Shown here: one piece after another, positions 1 through 14,155 of the stretch
Numbering within the stretch: position 1 is the stretch's first letter
How the letters are laid out: every line of letters begins with the position of its first letter
Origin: Octopus bimaculoides
Taxonomy: Eukaryota
Assembly: GCF_001194135.2 (NCBI RefSeq)
Contig: NC_068984.1
Coordinates: 43,751,731 to 43,815,730, forward strand
Length of the DNA: 64,000 nucleotides
Direction: 5' to 3'
Notes under the pieces: model-generated
Told to the model about the DNA's origin: nothing
The model's input: the letters and a program-made list of their open reading frames with translations, nothing else
The model's database searches: none
Translations under genes and position numbers: made by a program

Positions 1-52
<52 letters not shown>
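1..52 (+). repeat. (AAT)n microsatellite
   Basis: About 17 perfect AAT units, truncated by the window start. Confidence 0.98.
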
Positions 53-53
<1 letters not shown>

Positions 54-570
54 TGCTGATCTTAACTGATTGGAAGTGTTATCATGTACATTGTTTTGTC
101 TTGGTATAAAAGATGGGCTACAGCAAATATTCTGCTCAATACCATAGATGTTCTTGTCAGTTGTTTGACTTTAACCAGTTGAGCATGTCTCTTAGTGGCT
201 GATGATACGTGTATCTCTGATCACGAGCATGTATTGAAAGGAATTCTTTAGGGTTTGGATAATTCCCCTTTGGAAACATGGGTGTTTCGTTCAACCTCCT
301 TAAACAACTCTTATTCAGGGACCTTTTGAGCGGGATGGTCTACTCGACCTGACGAAAATTCTAACTGGCCCCACTTGCAAGGTCATGCGCTGTTTATCTC
401 GATATGAGATCACCATGTCGCGCACATATGGATGTGATGCATGTGCCTGATGTACCCTTATAAGCCGGATAGTCATGATGGGTATACTTTATACTTATCC
501 CAGTGGTATACTTTATCCCAGTATATTTTATCCCAGTGTCACTTTGATGGCATGCACTGCTCTCTCATTC
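53..570 (+). mobile_element. Interspersed repeat R1, probably the 3' UTR of a 5'-truncated (AAT)n-tailed retroelement
   Basis: A second copy lies at ~17985-18240 (shared GGAAACATGGGTGTTTCGTTCAA...GAGATCACCATGTCGCGCACATAT...CAGTGTCACT). (AAT)n flanks both sides. No ORF; the retroelement origin is inference. Confidence 0.7.

Positions 571-636
<66 letters not shown>
571..636 (+). repeat. (AAT)n microsatellite
   Basis: 22 perfect AAT units between R1 and an oppositely oriented SINE-A. Confidence 0.98.
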
Positions 637-773
637 CTTTTCTACTAAAGCTACAGGACCTGAAATTTGTGGGGTGGAGACGTAAGTCGATTACATCGAC
701 CCCAGTGTTTTCTCAGTACTTAATTTATCGACACTGAAAGGATAAAAGGTAAAGTCGACCTCAGCGGAATTTA
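637..773 (-). mobile_element. SINE-A (tRNA-derived), 3' part
   Basis: Matches the many copies in the window (GTCGATTACATCGACCCCAG...TTTATCGAC...GAAAGGAT..AAGG.AAAGTCGACCTC.GCGGAATTT). Confidence 0.85.
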
Positions 774-892
774 AAAATACTAATACTAATATACATTCAC
801 ACATAAAACGGGTAAGATTGACAGAAAAAGATAGAGATATAGATATAGAGATATAAGGGGGAGGGGTAGAAGTCAAACACATAGAAACACAC

Positions 893-944
<52 letters not shown>

Positions 945-1677
945 NNNNNNNNNNNNNNNNNNNNNNNNNNNNNNNNNNNNNNNNNNNNNNNNNNNNNNNN
1001 NNNNNNNNNNNNNNNNNNNNNNNNNNNNNNNNNNNNNNNNNNNNNNNNNNNNNNNNNNNNNNNNNNNNNNNNNNNNNNNNNNNNNNNNNNNNNNNNNNNN
1101 NNNNNNNNNNNNNNNNNNNNNNNNNNNNNNNNNNNNNNNNNNNNNNNNNNNNNNNNNNNNNNNNNNNNNNNNNNNNNNNNNNNNNNNNNNNNNNNNNNNN
1201 NNNNNNNNNNNNNNNNNNNNNNNNNNNNNNNNNNNNNNNNNNNNNNNNNNNNNNNNNNNNNNNNNNNNNNNNNNNNNNNNNNNNNNNNNNNNNNNNNNNN
1301 NNNNNNNNNNNNNNNNNNNNNNNNNNNNNNNNNNNNNNNNNNNNNNNNNNNNNNNNNNNNNNNNNNNNNNNNNNNNNNNNNNNNNNNNNNNNNNNNNNNN
1401 NNNNNNNNNNNNNNNNNNNNNNNNNNNNNNNNNNNNNNNNNNNNNNNNNNNNNNNNNNNNNNNNNNNNNNNNNNNNNNNNNNNNNNNNNNNNNNNNNNNN
1501 NNNNNNNNNNNNNNNNNNNNNNNNNNNNNNNNNNNNNNNNNNNNNNNNNNNNNNNNNNNNNNNNNNNNNNNNNNNNNNNNNNNNNNNNNNNNNNNNNNNN
1601 NNNNNNNNNNNNNNNNNNNNNNNNNNNNNNNNNNNNNNNNNNNNNNNNNNNNNNNNNNNNNNNNNNNNNNNNNNNNN
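945..1677. other. Assembly gap (largest of 12)
   Basis: N run. Other gaps: 11586-11610, 24417-24426, 25702-25973, 26897-27297, 27917-28284, 33966-34020, 36271-36510, 37944-37993, 47490-47597, 49400-49647, 51275-51405. Nearly all abut (TA)n, (CA)n or (TCTA)n. Confidence 0.99.
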
Positions 1678-1780
1678 TACCACATTACAGTAAGTACTCC
1701 TTTATCAAAAATCGCAAATATAATTCATAAAAAAAAAATAATGAAATTTTGAAAAAGTTGGTACATAATTATATACAAAC

Positions 1781-1842
<62 letters not shown>

Positions 1843-2064
1843 AAAAACGCTCACACGTGCAAATTTTTAAAAGGTAACTATAGAAAGGCGCACAAAACTT
1901 GTTGTATGTCAATCTTACATCGCATATAGTTTGGCACGAGCGCCAAGTGTTATTTAATACAAATGTACCTGATATTTATCTTTAAAATCTCAGAGTACAA
2001 AATACATGTAGAAACTATGAAAATGCATATTAAAACTCATACAATATACAAGACCACTTTATAA

Positions 2065-2078
2065 TCTCTATCTATCTA

Positions 2079-2135
<57 letters not shown>

Positions 2136-2285
2136 GTCTATCTATCTATCTATCTATCTGTCTGTCTGTCTGTCTATCTGTCCGTCTACATGTCTACCTG
2201 TCTGTCTGTCCGTCTACATGTCTACCTGTCTACCTGTCTGTCTGTCTGTCAGTCTGTCTGTCAGTCTGTCTGTCTGTCTATCTAC
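2065..2285 (+). repeat. Compound (TC)n/(TATC)n/(TGTC)n microsatellite
   Basis: Read directly from the sequence. Confidence 0.95.
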
Positions 2286-3150
2286 TTACATGCATACATA
2301 TAATCCACACAGCATACACATTGTTACACAGACACACATATATATAATATAATAAAAAATATATACGACTAACTATATATATGTATATATGTATATATAC
2401 ACATACATATATACATACCCCATACAGACACACACACACACACACATACATACATATAATTAGCCATATATATTCAGGACTAGAGACCTTTTATTAAATT
2501 GAGTTTAGTAGTATACAGATAAGACAATATCCAGAATTTGAGACACAAATCAGGTGTAGTCTCGTTTGTAACGAATTCTTCGTAGTTAAAAGTTGACATG
2601 CTAAACGATTAAATGAAGTGTAAGATGGGAATATAATTGTCTCCAACGGCGAGACACTGTATCACATAATCTAAATACATGGTCAGATGGTGGACTTATA
2701 AGCTGACGTTTCCTCGTTAACTTCCTTGTCCAGAGCAGACGTGATCGAAGGATTTGCTCTTTTCAAAGAAAACAGTTTCACTTTTACCGAAGTTTTCGAG
2801 AGGAAGAGATAAATAGCTTATCTCTTATCATCCACTTCTTTTTTTTTAAATTCTATTTGCGACATAATGCATATATATACATTATAATATATATGCATAT
2901 ACAAGTATCGGTCCCTTGTGCAATTGCCTATGACTGTATAATCGTGTTGACAAACGCTTCGTAAGCGCAATCTTGTAGATGTACCGTTATGTATGTGGTG
3001 TATATATGTGTATATATATGTTTGTGTGTGTGGCTATTGAGTTGTTTTGACTCTTATTCTTAGCTTTACTGATTAGTACCCCTGTTCACTTTAGTGACGT
3101 ATATATTTCTGTTTCAAGGTTGTAAAATTGCGAATTAGCCACCCTTATTA

Positions 3151-3210
<60 letters not shown>

Positions 3211-5509
3211 TGTTTATATATATATGAGTATGTGCGTGTGTGTGATTTTGTGTGATTGTGTGGATGCGTCTGTATGCACATGAGTGTGTATATTTATATA
3301 CGTTGCGTTTACTTGTGTCCTTTCAGATCAAAGCTAAAGTTTTCCAATCGATTAATAGAGAACAATAGAATAGGTATAAGACTGTAATAAGTTCTGGGAT
3401 CTGTATGATGGACTTCTGAAGGCAGTGCAATAAACAGTACAATGAGGGAAATCAGTAGAACATAAAAAGCTAAAAGTATACCACTGCATACAAGCAGACG
3501 CACTCGTATTCGTGTCTGTGTATTTGTGAGCTTGTATAAATGTGTATTGCATTACATTCGTGTGTATTGTGCGCTCTTGTATATGTATATGTGAATATGT
3601 TTGTAAATATACATGTAGGCTTTGACTTAAAAATAAACGACTCACCAAAAAATACACCCTCTTTCTCCTATCTGCTCAGCAGGATATCTATTCACGTAAA
3701 AAAGATGTTGATCATAATTTCTAATTTCCGCTGGATTACAACCATTCTATTTAATCGCTGTTACTTAGCGATTGATGACATTAAAATTTCGATTAGAAAA
3801 AAAAAAAACACGTCAAAATTTGTTTTTAAACATAGATTGGACTCACGTCATGTTGCTTTTAGACTATAACTGCATTGTTTCTAAACTCATCTTAATCCTC
3901 GGCGTGATTATTTGTGATTTCCTTCAACAAGAAAATGGAAGTTAGACATTTGACTATCATCAAAGATCCAGAAAGCTCGTGGGATCAATTCCATCGTCGC
4001 CCGCTGTTTTCATAACATCAATAGGATCCTAATCTGTTAAGTAAATATACATTCACCAGCAGCTGACATATTTCACTCTGCTACTGTATAACTTCCTTTG
4101 TTTACAATTGGTTTGCTTTATAGGTTTTTTTTTTCTTTATTTTTACTTTTACTTTTATTTCTATATCTCTAGTCCAATGTTTTAGAATCTAACTTGACCT
4201 AGATGCTTGAGGAATTAAAATAATAATTAAAAAAACTATTCCTATCCATTCATTTCAGTCGACATTAAATTTTCAGTCAGCATAATATAATACGAAACAA
4301 TTTAATGATCGAGAATAGCCGGGCAGGTGAACGTTAAGCTAAGTGCATCACAGTTTTCAATCATTTCGGTTCCGAGCTCTAATCTTGCCAAGTTCAACTT
4401 CGTTTTACATTCTTCACTGATCGATAGACAGCAGCCAATACGATACAGGAATCGATTCAATATACAATGCAATTTTACAAAGAAAAACTGGATTTATGCT
4501 CAGTTGTAAAAAAATCAATGACAAAAATTAACGAAGAGAAATAGATATTTTTAATCCTTAAATTTCGTAACTCAAGAGTAGGTAATGGAGAGTTTCCGAA
4601 GAAACTAAATACATTAGAAATTCCATGTCAGGAAGTCATTAATGAGTAGATAACTGTTTCTTTAATTCTCTCCATTGTCTTTCATATTTTCATGAGATTT
4701 CTTCCCATTATACCAGCATGCTGTCTTTTATTCGTTGTTCTTTCGATATTTATTAAATCTGCTCTTCCTGTTTTAGGTTTCTGTCATCTTGACAACTGTT
4801 AGTTATCGTTTTCGAAGTCGGTTTGAAAGAATCTTTAATGATAAAAATCGGTTTGAAAGTATCTTTAATGATAAGAATCTTTAATGATAAGTAGAATCCG
4901 AAGAAAATAATAACAGTCTGCATCAATAAATAGGAAGTATCAAAAGTTCACAAAGTGGAATGAATTATTTTTATGTGAGGGTGACGAAGATCAGAAATCT
5001 AACATTATGGACAAGACGTCTTGTCGAAAGGAGACGAAATATTTACTTGTAATACTGAATAAACTGGGACTAGTGAGAATGAGGGAAAATATTAAGTGGA
5101 AAATGAGAGAAGTCGGGAAAAGGGGAAAGGATTTTTGTAAGAGAACATCAGTAAAATCAGCTGGAATACGGGTTGATTTGAAAAATAGAGAATGGTGTTA
5201 AGGTGAAAGTTAGAAGAAAATACATAAAGATGCATTTATATGTATACTTAAATACACACACAAGCGGACATAAATAAACAGAAGAGTTGGTAGCCAGATC
5301 GAACGCCTGGTAATATGCGTAAAAATATTGCAGTATCACCGAGTATCTCAAGACTGACTGAATACGATCGACTGTTTTCGTTGATATGCATATTCAACAA
5401 TTTGCTATTACATGCACATACAAAATTATATTTATTACCTATATTATTTTATAAAATTCTGTATTTGTTAATTCATTGTTGTTTTCTAAATAGTGATTGA
5501 CCCTCTCCA

Positions 5510-6290
5510 TGGTGAACACCTTCTCTAACTGATCCTATATGACATATCTTTGGAAGTCTCCTCAGGTTTAAGAGCCGTCTGTTCTACAGCATTTAAAATG
5601 TTTAAAAAAGCAGAAGTGCTACCACACGACCCTAAGTAATACTGCCTACAACTTGAATGCCACTGTCGATTCTCCTTCATTAATGACACTGACAAACATG
5701 CCATCAGAGAATCACGGTACCAATGCTCTAAACTTGGCAATGATTCTGCAGAGGCCGTTACGAATGAGAGTTAAATGCTTTTCTAAGGTTGATAAAAGTG
5801 GTGTAGAGATCATGTTATTGTTCAGAATATTTTTATCCTAAAGCTGGCATACTCCAAATACCATGTCGATTGTCCTGGGTTCTCTAAAGTCGCATTAGCT
5901 CTCGGGCAAAGTTGGGATGGCAACCAGTTGAACATTACTCAGGTGAGGATCATTCTAACAACTGGGAGCAGAGACAAGTCCAGTAATAGTTGCATCACTG
6001 ATCGCTGGGATAACCACCGGCTTTTAAAATGAGTGGAAACCAGTGAGCTTTGAAACAAAGCTAGTATCTCCCGCCTTGTCGGCATGGTTGAAATGGTGTC
6101 AAATCAATGGGCTATGTTCTTCACCTCGCCATCAGCAAACGATATGCTGATCCCTATATGTGGCTAGCTATTACTGCGGAGAGACAGTTGACATCACTGT
6201 TCATCTGTCAGCAGTCATGAATGAAGAGATGCTCACATTACAACTTGTTGACTGTATACATCCTACCAGGCTATTTACAGTCAATAAAGT
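5510..6290 (-). pseudogene. RTE-clade LINE reverse transcriptase relic
   Basis: Minus-strand translation with frameshifts and stops gives LPES*CDFR, TIDMVFGVCQL, DLYTTFINLRKAF, GLCRIIAKF and NLRRLPK, the motif order of RTE/BovB-like RT (LPESQCGFR..TIDMIF..RQLQEK..LY.TF.DL.KAFD..GLW.I..KFG..FNLRRL). Confidence 0.85.
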
Positions 6291-6799
6291 GACAAGGTTA
6301 CTTGCATCCTACCGTAGATTGCTCTAACGATTGCTCTAACCTTTGCAACAATAGCAATTTGTAAGGGGGCTGTTATTTTACTGTCTATTCGTAGCCGACT
6401 ATGAAATCACATCGTTCATTGTTCTCATAAAAATGCGCGCATCTACACACGCACTCACATAAACATACACATGCATATATAAACACATACATATCCATAC
6501 ACACTGATTTATAGAGATTGGGATCTGCAGAAATTTGTTGCTGCTACTGTGTGGCTACGGGAGGAAAAATAGGCAGCTGAGGACAACGAAGAACTAGAGA
6601 AGTTCATCCGGGCGAGGTGGAGTAAAAAAGAAAATAAGGTACTATTCCTTGTTTTTGCAGGTGTATGTCAAACTGCGGTGTAAGCTAATACCATGCAGGG
6701 AGACGATTCACAAAGTAGCTTGAATTGAACTTTCGAGTTACTGTTTTGGAGAGTGATTACATGTTGTTTCGAATATTTGGACGATGCTCATGGATTCAA

Positions 6800-7150
6800 T
6801 CACATAAAGAACGGCTGGCTTAACCAAAGTGTAGAGGTTTGCAGGACGTACAGGTGATACAATATGGTTGGTACAAGTGCATGCAGTGAAGTACATCCAC
6901 TTGGAACCTTACATTGAGGCAGCTTACGGGTGTAGGGCCACATGTGACATAGAGAGCGAGGACATTTAAATGTGCCAGGATGTATACTCCAGCGAAGGGA
7001 GATTCTAACCAAAATGTCACATTAAATTTTGCTTCCTCTAAAAGAGAGGGGAAAGATTGGGAAAGACAAGAACAATGTGAGAGTCGAAAGAAAGGAATTG
7101 AAAGTACTTCGGTGAAGTGGTAGAGTTTGATGGATGAAAGGTAGTGGAAC
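6800..7150 (+). pseudogene. Possible LINE ORF2 C-terminal relic (RTE/L2-like)
   Basis: Degenerate SLRV*GHM resembles the LRWxGHxxR motif and is followed by a purine-rich KR/G segment. Weak match. Confidence 0.3.
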
Positions 7151-8994
7151 ACACGAACTACTGCTTCGGGTATTTACGATAAGATTTCTGAGACTGTGCC
7201 TGTTCCCTGCGCTCAGTAGAATACAGTGATCACTATAAAATCAGGGTAATACTGCGCGAAAAAGAATTGGCGCATTTCCTTAGATTTAGAAAGAAGAATT
7301 AACATTGTACGCTTGTAATGTTAATGTATTGTTTCTAAATGGAATCATAATGAATGGCCTCTCATTGATAATGACCAAGTGGATTTTTTCCCCGAGAGAC
7401 CAAATCGGCAGAGCGGCAGACGATTTGTGATAATTTACTTACGCTCTTCCATATTGTAAGTTCAAAAGCATACTGAGAACCGGCAAATTACTGGGTGTCA
7501 ATGTAATTAATTTGTTCCCTCACCAAAAAATGTTTGGCACTAGGTCTATAATAAAAATCAATTTATTTTAGACATGTGTTATCCCTTTAAGAGCAAGGAT
7601 GCTAAATAGACATTGTATTTTTTTCTTGCGTATACAGTGACGCCGCTACTTAAAAGATCACTAAAATACTGTTGTTCGTTCGCTGTTTAATTTGTTTATT
7701 TTAACATACTGGAAAGTTCTGGTGGTAATCATAGTGGCAAAGGACGAGGTTGACTTAACTGATACTTTGTAGCAATATATTCTTCAGGATTTATAGTAGA
7801 ATAGTGCAGCCAGATAGAAAGCGACGTAGTTAATGTTACAACCATATTTATAATATACTTATTTTTGTGTTCTTCCAGATCAGATCGTAAAGATAATAAG
7901 ATTAAAATGATGTTTAAAACGGTTTCTATTGTTTTTTTTAATAGGCCTATGTATTTGTTTGAGATCACAGATGGCTTAGTAGATAGTTGAGTTGCATCCG
8001 TAGCCAAGAGACTTAGCTGCCATACGACACAGTACATGTATCAGTAAATAGATACTTCAGAATCAACAACAGTTAACGGATGTAAGCAGTGATATTACCG
8101 TAAAATTGCTATTTCGCTAAGGTAGGGATTGTGTATCTTGTGTATTTTGCGAGGCGTGTTAAATGATATAGTGTTGGGTGGTTATTGTGAGAGTCCGTGC
8201 TGTGTTGATTATATTATGTTAATATGAGTTATGTGATTTGCTGTTGGTGTGTCAGTTGTGGGTTGGCGCAGGAATAAGCAACATCAAGCATGGGGTTCAA
8301 TTTACGTTGCATCATCGGAAAATGCCTTTTGCCCTAGCCTCAATTTAAGTCAAGCATTGCGTTTGAAATCGAGTAAAAAAGTATTCCGTCGGAGCCGGGC
8401 GGATATATTGCAACCTGTATTTCTGCCTTTGTTATGTATTCTACCACGCTGATTCAGCCAGAGAATTACATATGTATGCCATAATTTGCTACTTACAGAT
8501 TTAACGAGAATGTAGTTCAATTAATTGAACATCCGAATGATAAAACCGACGAAGGACACATGTTATTGTCGGATGTTCTTTATTTAAGAGTATGTGTTGT
8601 GTTCTTATTTTATTGAGTGATGGTTGAGTACAAAAAGTATTGTTTGGGCTCTACTGTAGGGTGAGGTTTGTCCATAATCTGTCTAGTGGTATAAGTTGTG
8701 TTGTCAAATGGAAAGTGTTTTGCATAAGAAGTAGGCTGTGATTAACAAGAATACATTTCTGTCTTTGTTTAGAGTTGTAAGCCCTAATACGGTTTTTATG
8801 ATTTTCTTCGTTCTTTTTTTGCCTACCCTGATAGTTTCTCGATTTTTTCCCGGCCGGTATTAACGTCAGAAGAGAAGAGGTAGACATATCTATAAGAATT
8901 CAAAGATTCTCATTTCTGTCTTTGAACTCAGAACGAAAGATGGAAGAAATATTGCAAAGCATTTTTCTGACGATCTTACAATTCTCCTAATCCA

Positions 8995-9107
8995 CGACAA
9001 CGACGACGACAGCAGCAGCAGCAGAAGAAGAAGAAGAAGAAGAAGAAGAAGAAGAAGAAGAAGAAGAAGAAGAAGAAGAAGAAGAAGAAGAAGAAGAAGA
9101 AGAAGAA

Positions 9108-9154
<47 letters not shown>

Positions 9155-9250
9155 AGAAGAAGAAGAAGCAGCAGCAGAATAAGCAGCACAACAACAACAA
9201 CAATAAGTACGACGACGACGACGACAACAACAACAACAATTATAATAATA
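8995..9250 (+). repeat. Compound trinucleotide microsatellite (CGA)(CAG)(AAG)n(CAA)(AAT)
   Basis: About 145 bp of nearly pure AAG flanked by other triplet runs. Confidence 0.97.
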
Positions 9251-11683
9251 ATTTTACTTCCAGCATGGACACAAGGCTTGAAAATAGGAAGGCAGTGGCT
9301 AGTCGATTGAATCGATCTCAGTACTTCATTGTTACTTTATTAACTCCACATATTGATGCCTTTATCATAGCCACATGGTTGAGAGATGTTGAGATATTAC
9401 ATAGACAAATTATAGAAAGTGTGGAAGTTTACGTCGAAATCGAAACTAAGAGTGACGATGTTCATCGTACATAAATATGTGATAGTCGCCTGAGTGGAAG
9501 TCCACCATATTAGACTAGTCAAGTAATCCCACAAATCCAGGATGTCTACCAAGGGCAAGAACTCTCTCCCAGCTGATCCTCCCTATCTAGAAGCACCTAG
9601 CGAGTCTAAGGATATTCTTTCGAGATACTATCACTACACCCACTGACTCTAATAAATTTTCTGGAGGAGGACATCTCTCTTTCTATCTCTCTATCATTAC
9701 TTTTTTTTTCAAAGAGGGAACTAAAATGCTTAATCATGGATTGGCTAGAAATGTATCTGCTTTCAGTAATTTCAGTCTCGTTCACTGCACAAAAATGTTT
9801 CCATAGACACGAGATATAGGAAAAGTCTTTATCCTTCCCTAATAAATGAAGGCAGCAGGGGGATTTTCATGATGGACTCGGCTGATAAACTAGATTCATT
9901 TTACTCGTGACTGTATCCGTTCGATAAACATCCATTAGCCAGCAATATTCATATATTGAATGAATGCGTGCAACACGAGTTTGCGCGTGAGTCCTCGAAA
10001 TTGACGGTAGTTTTGTATCTGTGCAGTTGACTTTGAACTGGTAATATCCTGCACGTCCTCGGTAACAACGCCAGGGTAGAAATTTTTGGAAGTTATCTAT
10101 TATTATCGTGTCGAAAATAATAAAAAGTCACCAAACAAGTGGATGTGTACGGTACGATTAGAATAAATATGGGACAAAATTCAAGTAGAAAAAAGGTCAT
10201 GAGACCAAAATCGCATGGATACCTCGAGAAAAACTTTTCTAAATGAATGAGTGAATGCTTTATTTCGGATATTAATTAAAACGTGGTTTCCTCTTTCACA
10301 CACATGTAATGTCATTATATAAACTGTACAGCCATCGTGTACAAGTTTCAATTAGTATTATCAATTATTAAATGACATTAAATAAATTACTTAATTAATT
10401 TATTGTTTACGACATTTTTTTTCGCGATTCTTTCCCAAGCCGCAATTGTGAATTTATTTCTATGAATCTTTTGCTTTAACTATTTACATTCAGCATTCGA
10501 TCGACGCAATATTTGACCGATTTTATTGAAACTCAGATGGAATGGTAATGGAATGGTTGTAGTTGTAGTTTAATCCAAGATGAAAAGCAATTCCATCTCT
10601 GAACATCCTGTCTTTTTCATTTTTACCAAATTGTGTATCTATGTCTACATTATAATATTTTTAATTGCTGTATGAAAGAGATTAGGCCCTTAATCCTAAT
10701 AAGTAAAGAGAGTTGACAGAGGTTTCCTGACTGGGTTGTACTGAAAATATTTGTTATTGTTATTTAGTCTCAGTTCAGTTTGATAGATATAGATCTATAA
10801 TCAACGGTGTACCATTTTACGTTCGATAAATACTATAACTGAGACTAAATTAATATGTCCTTATTTATTCAAAACAGTAGGGCATGATTTGACAGTCCAA
10901 TTATCAAGCAGAAGTTCCCTGTGGCTGCAAATTTATTCAACCCAGAATTATAAAATAGCTGCTAGGCCATAGGTGATCATTCGATTACAAAAATAAATTC
11001 CCTTTAGTGTATCTGTTTTCTTGGAAATGCTTTAAAAATTACAGCTTCATAGTGGTTAGTAACCATCTACGACTTGGCGAAATGTGTCCATAAGTTGTCA
11101 GTTGTAATTTGTATTATGCTGTAAAGAATCTTACATCATTATCAACAATGAAAATCCTAAAACAACTGATATGCATTACGTCAACAAAAGCTGCTGAGTG
11201 TATTGAAAGAAAGACTAAAATGGTGGAAGGCGATTTTATGGCGGAACCTTTATATGAACAACCGCCTTTGAAATGTAGTCTATTGGAAACAATACAAAGA
11301 CTAATGCATTCAGAAGCATGTCAATAAGTACAATACATACATGTACACACACACACACACACACACATATACATGCACGCACGCACGCACACACGCATGT
11401 ATGAATATGTATACGTATATGAACACATATGCATATAATATATATGCATATAATATATATGCATATATATATATGTATTTATGAATGTATGAGTTTGTAT
11501 ATGTATACACATACACACATATATACACATACATACATTCCTATATATACATACATTCATATATATATATATATATATATATATANNNNNNNNNNNNNNN
11601 NNNNNNNNNNATATATATACATATACAGAGTTTTCGGCTGGTTGTATTACAAGGTATTATTGATTGGTCCCGAGATTAGATTA

Positions 11684-11765
11684 AAAGACACTTGCCCATT
11701 AACTCATGCAGATGAATCGAACCAGAGGCAGCATGTTTGTGAATTGGATCTTATTACCGCACATC
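11684..11765 (-). mobile_element. SINE-B head, degenerate
   Basis: AAGACACTTGCCCA is the reverse complement of SINE-B TGGGCAAGTGTCTT (compare 54910-54925). Confidence 0.5.
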
Positions 11766-12904
11766 CTTGGCTAAACCTATGTTGTAAGAGTAAATATAAT
11801 AATCCATTCCTGGGTCTATCTTTGAGAAGTTAATCTCGGCTAGACGCTACATACAATGAGAATGTCTTCCGCGACATTCCTGTCCAATATTTTCATGGAA
11901 CATAAAGGCATACACTCGCGCGGGTACATACGCACACAAACGCGCTCGCACACGCGCGCACACACACACACACACGCACACACACATACACACACACACA
12001 CACACACACATACACACTCACATATATACCGATATGCATGCACACATGTTCACAAACATATACTCACACGCACAAACGTCCTCACGCATATACGCAAAGG
12101 TGTACTGTAGGTTTCTACTGTACGCGCCAAAAGGTAATGATTAAACACTGCTGGAAGAGAATTTTCCCCATTCTGTTTTAGTACATCATGTGAGCAATTT
12201 ATGTAAATTTTATTTTCAGTGAAAGGAACAGAACACGAATTTAATTAGCAACTACCATTTAGATGTAATGCCAATAAATCGAAACGGTACAGCATAAGCG
12301 GAGCCATAAGAATGATAGGCTATGTTGCTTTCTGCATCAGTTGACTTGACTTAATCTTGTTATTTGATGCTATTTCCTTTGGATGACTCTAATCTCCTCA
12401 AAGCTTTACTTCATTTGGAAGTTTCAATTTCATGTTTAAATATTTTAATCCAAGAAAGCGATGCTGATCTATAGCCGAGTCAACAATTCATAGATGTGTT
12501 GCAGTTAGTCTAGTGTTGTTGTTGTTGTTGTTGTTGAGTTTCAAGGGAGACAGTGGAAGGGAGAGTGATTCAAATGGATGTTGAGTGATGTAATGGGAAA
12601 TATTGGAAGATGAATTTAGTACAAGTTGTGGGAGCTGACGACTAAATGGATATTGAGAGGACAGAAGAGGGACAGAAGAAGGACAGATCGTCTTAGTAAT
12701 GATAGAGGTCACTAAAATGATGCGATTCAATACTGTAGTTTTAACGAGTAATCATAAAAGTGCAAGATACAGTAGCATCAGTCAACATCAGCATGGAACA
12801 TAAGCAAAAATATAAAAATTACTTTAGCCTGGAGTGACATGAGGAATGAACTATATCTTTACGGAAAATATTTGCAATAACAGGAATACTTCTTAATAGC
12901 AATT

Positions 12905-13050
12905 CCTTATACCACCGAGGTCGTCTTTGTCTTTCGTCCTCTAGGGATCGATAAAATAAGTACCAGTTGAATACTGCGGTCGATCTAATTCACTTATCCA
13001 CTCCCGCAAAATTGCTGCCTTAGTCCCAAAATTTGAAACCAGTATCCATG
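12905..13050 (+). mobile_element. SINE-A 3' part
   Basis: CCGAGGTCG.CTTTG.CTTTC.TCCT...GGG.TCGATAAAATAAGTACCAGTTGAATACTG.GGTCGATCTAAT. Confidence 0.8.
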
Positions 13051-13144
13051 CTATTTCTCTTTTACTTTTAAAGGTTTTGATTTTGCCTATTTATCTTTTG
13101 GCATATTTTATATACAAACATATAAATTAAGTTTACGAAAAAAG

Positions 13145-13248
13145 AAACATGTCAAACACTAAATGGGCAAAAAAACATGTCAAACACTAAATGGGCAAAA
13201 AAACATGTCAAACACTAAATGGGCAAAAAACATATCAAACACCAAATG
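13145..13248 (+). repeat. 28-bp minisatellite, about 3.7 copies
   Basis: Unit AAACATGTCAAACACTAAATGGGCAAAA; the CATGT/CATAT cores start at 13148, 13176, 13204 and 13231. Confidence 0.95.
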
Positions 13249-14096
13249 TAAAACAAAAGCAAATTTGATATATACGAAAATGCTAAGTGGACAGGATATA
13301 TATATGCTTCCCAAGTAGCATTTTAAACCTACTCCATATAATTGATTCCATGTAAAACACTTAATTCTATATTTCCTGGGTGTTTTGAGTTGCTTTTATG
13401 CGTCTGTGAGAAAGATACCAACAATAGGCTAACAATATATACAGATTCAGCATTGCATTGCTTCTCACTAACATCACACTAAGGATATTAGAGCTATGTA
13501 TGATCTTAAAAAGGTCCTTGTGATATGTGAATATATAATTTTAACATCTACCACCTTCAAATACCAATTCTCATAAATAAAATTTAAAAAATATTTTCTG
13601 ATGCAGTCGATTACTTTCAAAAAGTATATGTTTAACAAACTCGTCAGTCTGTATTTAGCAATCCACCCACACACAAACAAACCGGTTCTGAATTTGGTTT
13701 ATATTTGGAATAATACTATAGATTATTTAGCTACAGAATAAAGAAAACTGCATTGTTTTCATACAGATTCCTACTAGACTCTGCTCCAGATGCCAAATAT
13801 AGTGTGCTTTACTTTTGAATGAAATTGAAAAACCTAATTTAAGGACCTTTTGAAACCTTTATTTCAATATGGTCACCTATATTTGTTAATATATCCCCCA
13901 CATCAATCTAAGTACAGATGTAAGTACAGACGTTAAAAAAAATAAAGAAAGAAAACGAGACTGCGCAACTTAGTTCTTTCCAGTATTACCACACAACAAC
14001 TGTCTATTTATTAATCAATATCAATAAACCTACAATATCCATCTCGTTCTCACCCTCTCCCTCTTTCCCTCTCTCTTTCTCTTCTCACTCTGTCTT

Positions 14097-14155
<59 letters not shown>

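Noticed and set aside
3315-3380. TTTCAG...GTATAAG bounded 47-bp candidate exon (similar cases at 6648, 31170 and 46655)
   Set aside because: Splice-like words are expected by chance in AT-rich DNA, and the translations are uninformative or contain stops.
4818-4890. 30-bp tandem duplication TCGGTTTGAAAG.ATCTTTAATGATAA
   Set aside because: An ordinary slippage duplication with no further structure.
9940-10075. GC-richer stretch open in two minus-strand frames, possible exon
   Set aside because: No recognisable protein motif and no clear splice sites.
13145-13248. 28-bp direct repeats as a CRISPR array
   Set aside because: The units are contiguous with no spacers, there are no cas genes, and the context is eukaryotic.
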